DNA from: an uncultured delta proteobacterium
GTDB lineage: Bacteria; Myxococcota_A; Polyangia; Polyangiales; Polyangiaceae
Direction of reading: 5' to 3'
Length of the DNA: 64,000 bases
NCBI GenBank assembly: GCA_963850305.1
Contig: CAWKKR010000001.1
Span: 512,001-576,000 of the forward strand
The notes beneath the pieces are model-generated. The model ran no database searches. It saw only the letters and a list, made by a program, of their open reading frames with translations, and was not told the DNA's origin. Shown here piece by piece: positions 31,881 through 40,778 of the stretch. The translations under genes and the position numbers were made by a program. Each line of letters opens with the position of its first letter. Within the stretch, counting starts at the first letter, position 1.

Positions 31881-33170
31881 ATGCGTCCTCGCGCCGCGCT
31901 CTGGCTCCTTGCGACGGCGATGCTCGGGCGCGGTGCTCACGCTGCGACTCGCGATCGGCAGCGACTCGATATCCATGTGGCGCGCTACCGGACGTCGAAC
32001 GGCGTTCTCGTCGTCAGCCGGGAGCCGTCGCTGGCGACCGTGACCGTGTGCGCTTCGCCCTTCGCGCCGCTCTCCGAACCCGACGCCTTGGCCGTCGCCC
32101 GTCGCGGCGGAGTGGTCGTCCACGACGGAAATGCCGGGTGCATCACGACGCCCGCCAGCGACCTTTCGCTTTCGGCACGGCTCATCCGACACTTCCACGG
32201 CGCAGCGACAAAAGAAGAGGCGGCCCCTGCGGTGTCCTCACCCCGCGGGGAGAGCCTCACGGCACTCGCTCGCGTGGCGCTCGAAGGCGTGGACGCCTCC
32301 GGAACCGCGGCGCCGGCTCGGGTCGTCGCGGTCGTCGGACCCGCGCCGGAGCTCGACGTCGCGAGGCTCTTCGTCGATGGACCCCCGGTCACGCTCGACG
32401 AGATCCGTCAACCCGTGTGGACCGTTCATCAGAGCTCGGAGCGCCTGTCGGTCGTGGAAGCGCCGCTCGCGAGGCCAGCGGTGCGCTACGGCTGGGTCGT
32501 GCCCGCGGGCACGGTGCCCGAAGAAGCCGCGCTGAAGATCGCGGTGGGAATCTTGGGGGTCGGGCGGCTCTCACGCATGGCTCGCGTCGTGGAGGACCGC
32601 GGGCTCGCGCGGCGCGCCGAAGCCTGGAACGAGAAGCTCCGGGGCGGTCTGCTCGTCGGCGTGTGGCTAGAACTATCGACGCGTGTGTCAGCCGATCGGG
32701 TGCGGCGCTTCGTGGACGGGACGATCGGGCAGCTTCGGCTCGTCGGACCTTCGCGCCGCGAGGTGGCGCGCGCGCGCGCAACGGCCGTCCGCACGGCACT
32801 CGAACGCTGGGAAAATCCGGAAGCACGAGCGCGCGAGCTCGTCTCGTCCGAAGCGACGGAAGGGTCCGCAACCCGTGTCGCGGAGGAGATACCGGCACTC
32901 GCGAGCGTCGCACCCGACGCGGTTCGCGCCGTGGCACGCCTGGCGTTTCGAGACGAGCGACGTACGACGCTCGAGATGTATCCACCGCTCTGGCCCACCG
33001 ACGACCCGGCCGTCGCGCACCATACGCTCTACACCATCGGGCAAGGCGACACCCTAACGGGCGTCGCCGAGCGCTTTCACGTGACGGTCGAGAGCCTCGC
33101 TCGCTCGAACGATCTCGATCCGAAGGGCGGACTCATGGCAGGGCAGCCGCTCTGGATCCCGTCGGAATGA
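31881..33170 (+). CDS. Exported protein: degenerate M16 (insulinase)-like region plus C-terminal LysM
   Basis: Signal peptide ..GAHA; YRTSNGV, ILGVGRLSRM..VEDRGLA, EVARAR, SVAPDAVRAVA resemble M16 C-halves; no HxxEH; YTIGQGDTLTGVAERFHVTVESLARSN..GQPLWIP is LysM. Confidence 0.75.
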   Translation: MRPRAALWLLATAMLGRGAHAATRDRQRLDIHVARYRTSNGVLVVSREPSLATVTVCASPFAPLSEPDALAVARRGGVVVHDGNAGCITTPASDLSLSARLIRHFHGAATKEEAAPAVSSPRGESLTALARVALEGVDASGTAAPARVVAVVGPAPELDVARLFVDGPPVTLDEIRQPVWTVHQSSERLSVVEAPLARPAVRYGWVVPAGTVPEEAALKIAVGILGVGRLSRMARVVEDRGLARRAEAWNEKLRGGLLVGVWLELSTRVSADRVRRFVDGTIGQLRLVGPSRREVARARATAVRTALERWENPEARARELVSSEATEGSATRVAEEIPALASVAPDAVRAVARLAFRDERRTTLEMYPPLWPTDDPAVAHHTLYTIGQGDTLTGVAERFHVTVESLARSNDLDPKGGLMAGQPLWIPSE

Positions 33171-33937
33171 TCGGATGCGAGTGCACCGAGCGCGCCGTCC
33201 TTGCGGAACCCCCTCCGGAGTCCTTCCGGGTGAAGCTCGGCCGTGAGCGCGACGCCGAGTCGCCGCCGCGCCTCGTCAATCGGGAGCGCGAGCATATCCT
33301 CGACCGGCTCGCTCACGAGGCGTGCGGCGTGGCGCCCGCGAAGATACGCGCGGTAGCAATAGCGCGGCCATGAGAAGCTCGGATCCAGTTGCCCGTCGAT
33401 CGTCCCGAAGAACGCGATGAAGGCCATCCCCGGGTTTCCGAACTGGCCGACCGAGAACCAGAGGTTCGCGATTTCGCCCGTGTCGTCGCGACCGTAGTCG
33501 GTGAGCACGTGCCAGAGATCGTGCATGTCGCGAATGCGATCCGCGACGTACTGGCGGTTCTCGTCGAACTCGAGCGCTTCGTTGGGATCGACGCCGGTCG
33601 TCTGGGCTTCGACGAGACCATCCGCCGTCAGCTCCCCTTCCTCCATGAAGCGGAGGTACTCATGCCCCAGGGACCCATCGGGCAACGCCCTCAGAGCGTT
33701 GCGATCCGACAGGCGCGCCATGAGACTCGGCTTGTCCCGGAGCAGTCGTTTGCCGTTGTCCGTTCGCTTGAAGGCCTGGTAGGTGCGCTCGAAGCTATCA
33801 CCCGTCAGCGCGGAGATGATCGTGAAGACCTGATCCGTCCGCGACGTGTCGTTCGCGAGCGTCCAGAGCGCCTTGATGGCGGCCCCCACGTGAATGGGCT
33901 TGTGCGGTCGGCTGTCGCTGTCCGTTGCACCAATCAT
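33077..33937 (-). CDS. Coq4 family protein
   Basis: LRALPDGSLGHEY and HDLWHVLTDYGRDDTGE (HDxxH-x11-E). Confidence 0.88.
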   Translation of the reverse strand: MIGATDSDSRPHKPIHVGAAIKALWTLANDTSRTDQVFTIISALTGDSFERTYQAFKRTDNGKRLLRDKPSLMARLSDRNALRALPDGSLGHEYLRFMEEGELTADGLVEAQTTGVDPNEALEFDENRQYVADRIRDMHDLWHVLTDYGRDDTGEIANLWFSVGQFGNPGMAFIAFFGTIDGQLDPSFSWPRYCYRAYLRGRHAARLVSEPVEDMLALPIDEARRRLGVALTAELHPEGLRRGFRKDGALGALASDHSDGIQSGCPAMSPPFGSRSFERARLSTVT

Positions 33938-33938
33938 G

Positions 33939-33973
33939 GGCACATTGATAACTGTGCCACCTATCACTGTCAA
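33939..33973 (-). promoter_or_regulatory. Sigma70-type promoter of the Coq4-like gene overlapped by a palindromic operator
   Basis: TTGACA-N17-TATCAA-N7-ATG; GGCACA-TTGATAAC-TGTGCC palindrome at 33939-33958 covers the -10. Confidence 0.65.
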
Positions 33974-33993
33974 GCTCGAAATAACAAGCACCC

Positions 33994-34031
33994 GCGACCG
34001 CCCTCCCCGAGGGCGAAGGGAGGGCAGTCGC
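33994..34031 (-). terminator. GC-rich hairpin, probable terminator downstream of ftsZ
   Basis: 14-bp stem GCGACTGCCCTCCC/GGGAGGGCGGTCGC (one G-U pair, valid on the minus strand) followed after 6 nt by TTGTTATTT. Confidence 0.55.
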
Positions 34032-34048
34032 CAGGGTCGGAATCTCAG

Positions 34049-34319
34049 GAGCTCCGCATCGACGAGCAGAGTCGTCCCCGAGGGATCAAAGAGGGGCGGA
34101 ACTACGCGAACGCAGCGAGCACGCCGAAGGCGGCGGGGGGCGGGCGCGGAGCGAGCCGCGGGGGCAAGGCTGATAAGGCCCCCTTTCCTAGTAGTTCCGC
34201 ATCGACGAGCACGTCGCCCCGAGGAATGAAAGCGGTGCGGAACTACCGAGCGCAGCGAGTACCGGGGGGAGGGGTTGCGAAGCAAGCCCCGGGGGGCGGG
34301 CAACGCCCCCCTTTCCTAG
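34049..34319. repeat. Two tandem diverged structured repeat units (~143 and ~128 bp), REP/MITE- or ncRNA-like
   Basis: Shared blocks TCCGCATCGACGAGCA, CCCCGAGG, GCGGAACTAC, CGCAGCGAG and terminal CCCCCTTTCCTAG (ending at 34191 and 34319). Confidence 0.85.
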
Positions 34320-34336
34320 GAGACCGCAGAAGCCGG

Positions 34337-35629
34337 TCAGCCGCCGCTACGGCGCTGGAACGTCGGGATATCCCAGTCGTGGTCCATGTTCGACTGAGCG
34401 GACCCCGACGGGAAGGTGATGCGATCGCGTACGTGCGGCAGTTGCGACTGCCCGGGGGGCAGGGTCGAATGGGCGTGATGCGCGGACAGAGGCGCCGGGC
34501 GGCGCATCGAAAAGGCGGGTTCGGGGTGAGCGGAGCCGCCTGACGACGTTTCGCCACTCCCGTTCCCCGAACGATAGGAAGCGCGGGTGACCGGCGAGGG
34601 AGCCTCGCGCTCCATCGGCTGGCGGCTCACCTGCTTCATGAGGTGCGCATGCTCCTCTTTGTGCCGGTCGAAGCCGGTCGCGATGACGGTCACCTTGAGC
34701 ATGTCGGCCATGTTCTCGTCGACCGTGGCACCGAAAATGATGTTCGCGTCCTCGTGTGCCTGCTCCTGGACCAGCGTCGCCGCTTCCTGGATCTCGCGCA
34801 TCTTCATGTCGGGGCCACCGACGATGTTGATGAGCACGCCGGTCGCGCCGTCGACGGAGATGTCGTCGAGCAGCGGCGACGTGATCGCTTCCTGAGCCGC
34901 GAGGCGCGCCCGTCCGTCGCCTTTGGCGCAACCGGTGCCCATGAGCGCGCGCCCCATGCCGCTCATGACCGCGCGAACGTCGGCAAAGTCGACGTTCACG
35001 ATGCCCTCTTGCGTGATGAGGTCGCTGATGCCCTTGATGGCCTGAAAGAGCACCTCGTCCGCCTTGCGGAACGCGTCGATGAAGGTGGTGTCCTCGTCGG
35101 CAATCGTGATGAGCTTCTCGTTCGGAATCGTGATGAGCGTGTCCACGTGCTCGGCCAGCGCATGGAGGCCGATCTCGGCGTGGCGCGCGCGCTTGCGCCC
35201 TTCGAAGATGAATGGCTTCGTGACCACCCCGACGGTCAGGGCGCCCTCCTCCCGCGCGAGCTGGGCGATGATCGGCGCGGAGCCCGTGCCCGTGCCGCCG
35301 CCCATGCCGGCGGTGACGAACACCATGTCCGCGCCGGAGATCGCCTCCTTGAGACGGGTCACGTCCTCGAGCGCGGCCTTGCGTCCTCGCTCGGGGTCGG
35401 CGCCCGCGCCGAGCCCCTTCGTGACGCCGCCACCGATGGGGATCTTCACAGGCGAAAGATTCGCGTTGAGGGCCTGGGCGTCGGTGTTCACCGCGATGAA
35501 CTCCACGCCATCCAGCCCGAAGTGAATCATCGTGTTGACGGCGTTCCCACCGGAACCCCCGCACCCGACGACCTTGATCCGCGCCTGATAGCTTTGCATC
35601 TCGTCAGCAAATTCGATCGAGAAACTCAT
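34337..35629 (-). CDS. ftsZ: Cell division protein FtsZ
   Basis: [18 protein letters not shown] tubulin signature, NVDFADV, C-terminal DIPTF peptide. Confidence 0.99.
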   Translation of the reverse strand: MSFSIEFADEMQSYQARIKVVGCGGSGGNAVNTMIHFGLDGVEFIAVNTDAQALNANLSPVKIPIGGGVTKGLGAGADPERGRKAALEDVTRLKEAISGADMVFVTAGMGGGTGTGSAPIIAQLAREEGALTVGVVTKPFIFEGRKRARHAEIGLHALAEHVDTLITIPNEKLITIADEDTTFIDAFRKADEVLFQAIKGISDLITQEGIVNVDFADVRAVMSGMGRALMGTGCAKGDGRARLAAQEAITSPLLDDISVDGATGVLINIVGGPDMKMREIQEAATLVQEQAHEDANIIFGATVDENMADMLKVTVIATGFDRHKEEHAHLMKQVSRQPMEREAPSPVTRASYRSGNGSGETSSGGSAHPEPAFSMRRPAPLSAHHAHSTLPPGQSQLPHVRDRITFPSGSAQSNMDHDWDIPTFQRRSGG

Positions 35630-35751
35630 GTTCGTCCTCCCGGCGTTCCGTACGGCGTTCCAAGTAAGGCCCCAGGGCTGCCACGCCCCGTTTTTTGGGC
35701 AGAAACCGTCTCGTTACGTCGACAACTCTCGCCTTCAGATCTCCGACACTT

Positions 35752-37017
35752 TCAGAACGCGGCTTTGAACCACGTCCAAAATCCACTGTTGCGCTGTGAC
35801 GGCGCTGCGGGCACGCTCCGCGACTCGGGGCGGGCTCGCTCCGCGACAGCGGCGCGAGCCCGCGCTTCCGCCATCTTGTGAGCGCCGTAACGCACGAGCC
35901 CCACGCCCGTCGCGTATTGCGGGCCCTGCACGAGCTGCACTATGCCCTTCACGCCGACGGGGAAGCCGAGCCGCACGGGCATTCCGAGTACCTCTTCCGC
36001 GCACTCGACCATCCCCTCCATGAGGACGGCGCCGCCCGTCAACACGACGCCGGCGCTGATCTGTTCGATGAGCCCGGCCTCTTCGATCCGCCGTCGCGCC
36101 TCGCTGAAGATCTCCTCGACGCGGGGTTCGATGATGTCGCTCACGACACGCCGCGCGACCTTGCGGGGGGAATGCCCTCCCACGCCCGGCACCTCGATCT
36201 CCTCGTCGTCGGCGATCATCCGCCCGAGAGCGCACCCGAAGTTTCGCTTCAACCGCTCGGCTTCGCCACCCGGGGTGCGGAGACCCGCGGAGACGTCGCG
36301 CGTGATGTTGTTACCGCCCGCGGGGATCACGCTCGTGTGCGCGATTCCGCCGTCGGCATAGACGAGCACGTCTGTCGTGCCGCCGCCCATGTCGATCACC
36401 GCGACGCCGATCTCCTTCTCGTCGTCGGAGAGCACCGCGTCTGCGCTCGCGAGCGGTTCGAGCACGACGTCGGCGACCTCGAGCCCGCACCGCTCGACGC
36501 ACCGCACCACGTTCTGAACGCACGAACTCGCGGCGGTCACGAGGTTCACGCGTACCTGTAGACGGACCCCGCTCATCCCGATGGGGTCGCGGACGCCGTC
36601 CTGATTGTCGACCAGATACTCGCGCGGCAGCGCGTGGAGGATCATCCGGTCGGCATCCACCGGAATGGCCCGGGCACCCTCGAGCACGCGCTCGAGGTCC
36701 GCGACGGTCACCTCGCGGCCGGAAATGGCGGCGACCCCGTCGGAAACGTGGCTTCGAATATGACCGCCCGCGACGCCCGCGTAGACCGTCTGGATCTCGA
36801 CCCCAGCCATCGTCTGCGCAGCGTCGACCGCTTCCCGGATCGAGCGCACCGTCCATTCGATGTTCGAGACGACGCCCTTCCGCAACCCGCGGCAAGGCAC
36901 GTTCCCGACGCCGAGAATGGTGATCCCCTCCGCATCGATTTCGCCGACGACGGCCGACACCTTGGTGCTGCCGAGGTCCAGGCCGACGATGATTTCAGGC
37001 GAGCTCGCAATGGTCAT
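35752..37017 (-). CDS. ftsA: Cell division protein FtsA
   Basis: GLDLGSTKV, GLRKGVV, DMGGGTTD, VLTGGA, C-terminal amphipathic FWTWFKAAF. Confidence 0.98.
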   Translation of the reverse strand: MTIASSPEIIVGLDLGSTKVSAVVGEIDAEGITILGVGNVPCRGLRKGVVSNIEWTVRSIREAVDAAQTMAGVEIQTVYAGVAGGHIRSHVSDGVAAISGREVTVADLERVLEGARAIPVDADRMILHALPREYLVDNQDGVRDPIGMSGVRLQVRVNLVTAASSCVQNVVRCVERCGLEVADVVLEPLASADAVLSDDEKEIGVAVIDMGGGTTDVLVYADGGIAHTSVIPAGGNNITRDVSAGLRTPGGEAERLKRNFGCALGRMIADDEEIEVPGVGGHSPRKVARRVVSDIIEPRVEEIFSEARRRIEEAGLIEQISAGVVLTGGAVLMEGMVECAEEVLGMPVRLGFPVGVKGIVQLVQGPQYATGVGLVRYGAHKMAEARARAAVAERARPESRSVPAAPSQRNSGFWTWFKAAF

Positions 37018-37150
37018 GGGCGTGAGGAGCGGAGTCGGGAATCGCTTGGAATTTCCCGTTGAGGTTCGGGCAGGACGCTGCCACGCAGGCTCTTCGGGGG
37101 CCAAGTTTTGGCGCCACCGATGCTCGTCATTTCCGCGACATCCGCGTCGC

Positions 37151-38062
37151 TCATCGCATCCTCGCGACGACGCGTTCGGGATGCGCCTCGTTGTCCAGGA
37201 ACAAGATTCCGGGAAGCCGTCCTCCGGGCTGGAGCTTGGCTATGATCCGGGCTGCCATGAGGAGCTTCTGTCGCCAGGGACCGGTGCCCAGATGCAGGGC
37301 CATTCCCCGCTTCCCGACCGTCAGCACCGCGCTGCCATCGGGGACGAGGTGCACCTCCTCGGCCTCATAGACGTTCGATAGCGGCATCTCCGCGTACTCA
37401 CGGAGAATCTCGAGACCTACGCCGATGCGATCGATCGCGCGAGCGCGATCGATCCCGAAGTCGCGCGTCGTCACGCCCGTCACGACCGGAAGATCGATGG
37501 GATCGCCTCGCTCGACGGCCTTGAACGGCTCGCCCTCGGGCGTGACCAGGTAGAGACCGTCGTCCAGCGTCGTCGTCGCCACGGCTTCGCGTTCTACGAC
37601 CTCGATGCGGAGCGTGCCGGGAAGCTCGCGCCCGACCCGGACCTGTTTCAGCCACGGATTGCCCAGAAGGCGCGCTTCGGCCGCGGACGTGTCGATGGCA
37701 AACAGATTCTGCCCTCGTGCGACCCCGGCGAGCCGCGCGACCTGGTCACCGCTGTAGTGACGGTTGCCCTTCACATCGAACTGCCGGATCGCAAAGCGGG
37801 GAGTCGTGAGCGCGTAGCGGTGCGCGCCCCAGGCGATCGCGACGGAGACCGATGCGACCACGGCGAGTCCCGCCGATAGCTTGAGCCCGGCCCAGAGCAA
37901 GGCGAACGCCCCGCCGGGCGCATTCCCCGCGCGTTCGGCGACGCGCTCCGCGACGGGGCCCGGCGCGGGGCTGTCGCTCGTGACGAAACCGAACTCGCTC
38001 GGCGCGTCGAATCCCGCGCCGTGCGCGACACGAGCGCCCCTGGACCGCGGACGTCGCTTCAC
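37151..38062 (-). CDS. ftsQ: Cell division protein FtsQ
   Basis: TM followed by POTRA (VKGN..GQNLF..PWLKQVRVGRELPGTLRIEVVER); GTG overlaps the murC stop. Confidence 0.92.
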   Translation of the reverse strand: MKRRPRSRGARVAHGAGFDAPSEFGFVTSDSPAPGPVAERVAERAGNAPGGAFALLWAGLKLSAGLAVVASVSVAIAWGAHRYALTTPRFAIRQFDVKGNRHYSGDQVARLAGVARGQNLFAIDTSAAEARLLGNPWLKQVRVGRELPGTLRIEVVEREAVATTTLDDGLYLVTPEGEPFKAVERGDPIDLPVVTGVTTRDFGIDRARAIDRIGVGLEILREYAEMPLSNVYEAEEVHLVPDGSAVLTVGKRGMALHLGTGPWRQKLLMAARIIAKLQPGGRLPGILFLDNEAHPERVVARMR

Positions 38063-39459
38063 GGCCGACCTCCGGTCGCTGTCGGACCGGCGGCGAGGAT
38101 CTTCTCCACGTCCCGGAGCACCTTGTTCACGTCCCCGGCACCGAGCGCGATCACGCAGTCGCCGGGGCGAGCCTCGTCGGCAACGAGCCGTGCGAGAGAG
38201 GACCGGTCCGCAACGTACGATGCGGCATGGTGGCCGTGTTTCGAAACTGCGTGCGCGAGCTCCTCGCTCGACACGCCCGGAATGGGCGCCTCCCCGGCTG
38301 CGTAGATGTCCAGGAGAAACAGCCGATCCGCCTGGTTGAACGCGCGGGTGAACTCTTCGAATAGATGGTGCGTTCGCGTGTAACGATGCGGCTGGAACGC
38401 GACGATCACGCGCCCGTCGAACGCCTTCCGCGCCGCCGCGAGGGTCGCTACCACTTCCGCTGGATGGTGTCCGTAGTCGTCCACGAGCGCGACTCCCCCC
38501 ACCTCCGCGACGATCGTGAACCTTCGCGCGACGCCACGGAACGTCGAAAGCGCGTCCTTGATGACATCCAGCGGCACCTCGAGCTCGTCCGCGATCGCGA
38601 TTGCCGCGAGGCAGTTCAGCACGTTGTGCTGCCCAGGCATCTGCACGGTGAACTCCCCGAACGCGCGACCCTCCTTGTACCCGACGAAACTCGTGCGGAG
38701 CTTGTGAAAACCGACGGCGCGCGCGGAGTAATTGGCCTGTGGTGAGAGGCCGTACGTCACGTGCCTTCGCCCCACACGCGGCAACATTTCCTGGACCGAG
38801 GGATGATCGAGGCACAGCACCGCAAGGCCGTAGAACGGCACCTTCTGCACGAATTGCACGAACGCTTCCTTCACCTTCTCGTGCGTTCCGTAAAAATCCA
38901 GATGCTCGGGATCGATGTTCGTGACCGCCGCGATCGTCGGCGTCAGCCGCAGGAACGAGCCGTCGCTCTCGTCCGCCTCCGCGACCAGCATGTCGCCTGC
39001 GCCGAGCTTCGCGTTCGTTCCCCAGACGTGCATCCGCCCGCCGACGACGACCGTCGGATCGAACCCCGCCGCGCCGAGGATGGTCGCGACCAGCGATGTG
39101 GTCGTCGTCTTGCCGTGCGACCCGGCGATTGCGACGCCGTATTTCACGCGCATCAATTCGGCGAGCATCTCCGCCCGCGGGATCACCGGGGTGCCGAGAG
39201 CACGCGCTTCCACGATCTCCGGGTTCTCGGCGTGGATCGCACTCGAATAGACGACCACGTCCGCGGACCGCACGTTCTCCGCCCGGTGCCCGACGTCGAT
39301 GCGCACGCCGAGCCGCGCGAGCCGCGCCGTGGTCTCGCCCTCCTTCATGTCCGAGCCCGAGACGTCGAACTCCAGCGTGCGCAGGATCTCGGCGAGCCCG
39401 CTCATGCCGATGCCACCGACGCCGATGAAGTGCACGTGACGTACGCGACCGCGAAACAT
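38059..39459 (-). CDS. murC: UDP-N-acetylmuramate--L-alanine ligase
   Basis: HFIGVGGIGMSGLA, AGSHGKTTTT, EADESDGSF, DDYGHHP, FQPHRYTRT. Confidence 0.98.
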   Translation of the reverse strand: MFRGRVRHVHFIGVGGIGMSGLAEILRTLEFDVSGSDMKEGETTARLARLGVRIDVGHRAENVRSADVVVYSSAIHAENPEIVEARALGTPVIPRAEMLAELMRVKYGVAIAGSHGKTTTTSLVATILGAAGFDPTVVVGGRMHVWGTNAKLGAGDMLVAEADESDGSFLRLTPTIAAVTNIDPEHLDFYGTHEKVKEAFVQFVQKVPFYGLAVLCLDHPSVQEMLPRVGRRHVTYGLSPQANYSARAVGFHKLRTSFVGYKEGRAFGEFTVQMPGQHNVLNCLAAIAIADELEVPLDVIKDALSTFRGVARRFTIVAEVGGVALVDDYGHHPAEVVATLAAARKAFDGRVIVAFQPHRYTRTHHLFEEFTRAFNQADRLFLLDIYAAGEAPIPGVSSEELAHAVSKHGHHAASYVADRSSLARLVADEARPGDCVIALGAGDVNKVLRDVEKILAAGPTATGGRP

Positions 39460-40778
39460 CACTCGACTCCTTCGAACGACGCCGCGTTCCACTTCGGCTC
39501 CGCACCCCGCGCAGCCCCCGACCCGTCCGCGGCACTGCGTGCCGCGTCCGACCACCTCCAAATCGCGTGCCCGGCACGACGCATCCACGCGCTCAGGGGG
39601 TGGTCTCCAGGGGGTGCGCGACGGGCGAAAACCGCAGCAGCAATCTGACCGGAGGACGACTCGGCTCTCCCCGAGCCGGAACTCGGCGCGCCCGACGACG
39701 CACCGGGCTCGACGATCCCCGCCAGCCGCAGCAGATCGCGCGCGATGACCGTCGCGGCGTCGGGGCGACCGAGCGCGCGGGCTCGATCGGCCATGGCAGC
39801 CAGGACGGTACCGTCCCGGGCGAGGCGGGCGATCTCGGCGGAGAGGCGCGCGACCGTCGCTTCCTTCGCCAGAATGCACCGAGCCGCGCCCGCGCGTTCG
39901 AGCGACTCCGCGTTGTGGCGCTGATGATCGCCGGCGAAGGGGTAAGGGATGAACAGGCTCGCTCGACCGACCGCGCAGATCTCCGCAACGGCTCCGGCGC
40001 CGGAACGACCGATGACGAGATCGGCTTCGGCGAGCGCGGACGGCATGTCGTCGATGAACGGCACGACGTTCGCGTGGCCCTGCGCACCGAGCTCATCATA
40101 GAGAGCCCGCACCGTAGCGTCGCGACCATTGCCGCACTGGTGCAGAACGTCGAGTCGCACGCCCGACACGAACAATGCGCGCGGAACAGCCTGATTCAAG
40201 GATTCCGCACCCTGGCTACCGCCGAGCACGAGGACGCGGAGCTCCGGCCCGGGCCGGAGCTCGGACGGCGAGAACCCGTCACGAATCGGTACACCCGTCT
40301 CGAGAACGCTAGCGGACGCGAAGTGCTTCGCCGATTCCGGAAACGCCGTGTATGCGCGCTGAACGAACGGCGCGACGAGCCGGTTCGCCAGACCGATTGC
40401 GCTGTTGGGCTCCATCAATGCGAGAGGGATCCCGAGCGTCCTTGCGGCAACGGAGATCGGGCCCGCGGCGTATCCGCCGACAGAAAAAACCGCCCGGGGC
40501 GCGTGCCGAGCGAGCAGCTTCCGTGCTTCCGGGACCGCGCGGGCGGCCTGCAGGGCACCGGTCACGGCACCGCGGACGCCATTGCCGCGCATCGGGACCA
40601 CGTTCATCAACTCGAGAGCATAGCCGCGCTGTGGCACGACCTTCGTTTCGAGCCCGCGCGCCGTTCCGATGAAGACGAGCTCGAGCTCGGGGCGCTCCCG
40701 GCGAACGGCGTCTGCAACGGCGAGCAGCGGGAACACGTGACCCCCGGTGCCCCCACCCGCGAAGACCAGTGCAGTCAC
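39459..40778 (-). CDS. murG: MurG glycosyltransferase with extended C-terminus
   Basis: GGGTGGHVFP, GGYA, GGSQGA, FIDDM, RSGA, HQRHNA. Confidence 0.97.
   Translation of the reverse strand: MTALVFAGGGTGGHVFPLLAVADAVRRERPELELVFIGTARGLETKVVPQRGYALELMNVVPMRGNGVRGAVTGALQAARAVPEARKLLARHAPRAVFSVGGYAAGPISVAARTLGIPLALMEPNSAIGLANRLVAPFVQRAYTAFPESAKHFASASVLETGVPIRDGFSPSELRPGPELRVLVLGGSQGAESLNQAVPRALFVSGVRLDVLHQCGNGRDATVRALYDELGAQGHANVVPFIDDMPSALAEADLVIGRSGAGAVAEICAVGRASLFIPYPFAGDHQRHNAESLERAGAARCILAKEATVARLSAEIARLARDGTVLAAMADRARALGRPDAATVIARDLLRLAGIVEPGASSGAPSSGSGRAESSSGQIAAAVFARRAPPGDHPLSAWMRRAGHAIWRWSDAARSAADGSGAARGAEPKWNAASFEGVE

Noticed and set aside
34049..34319. CRISPR array or hammerhead ribozyme
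   Set aside because: Only two long diverged units, no repeat-spacer pattern and no cas genes; GACGAG..GAAA lacks the CUGANGA core and a proper stem II.
37151..39577. 808-aa ORF suggesting a fusion to FtsQ
   Set aside because: The upstream part is an off-frame read of murC; FtsQ starts at GTG 38062.
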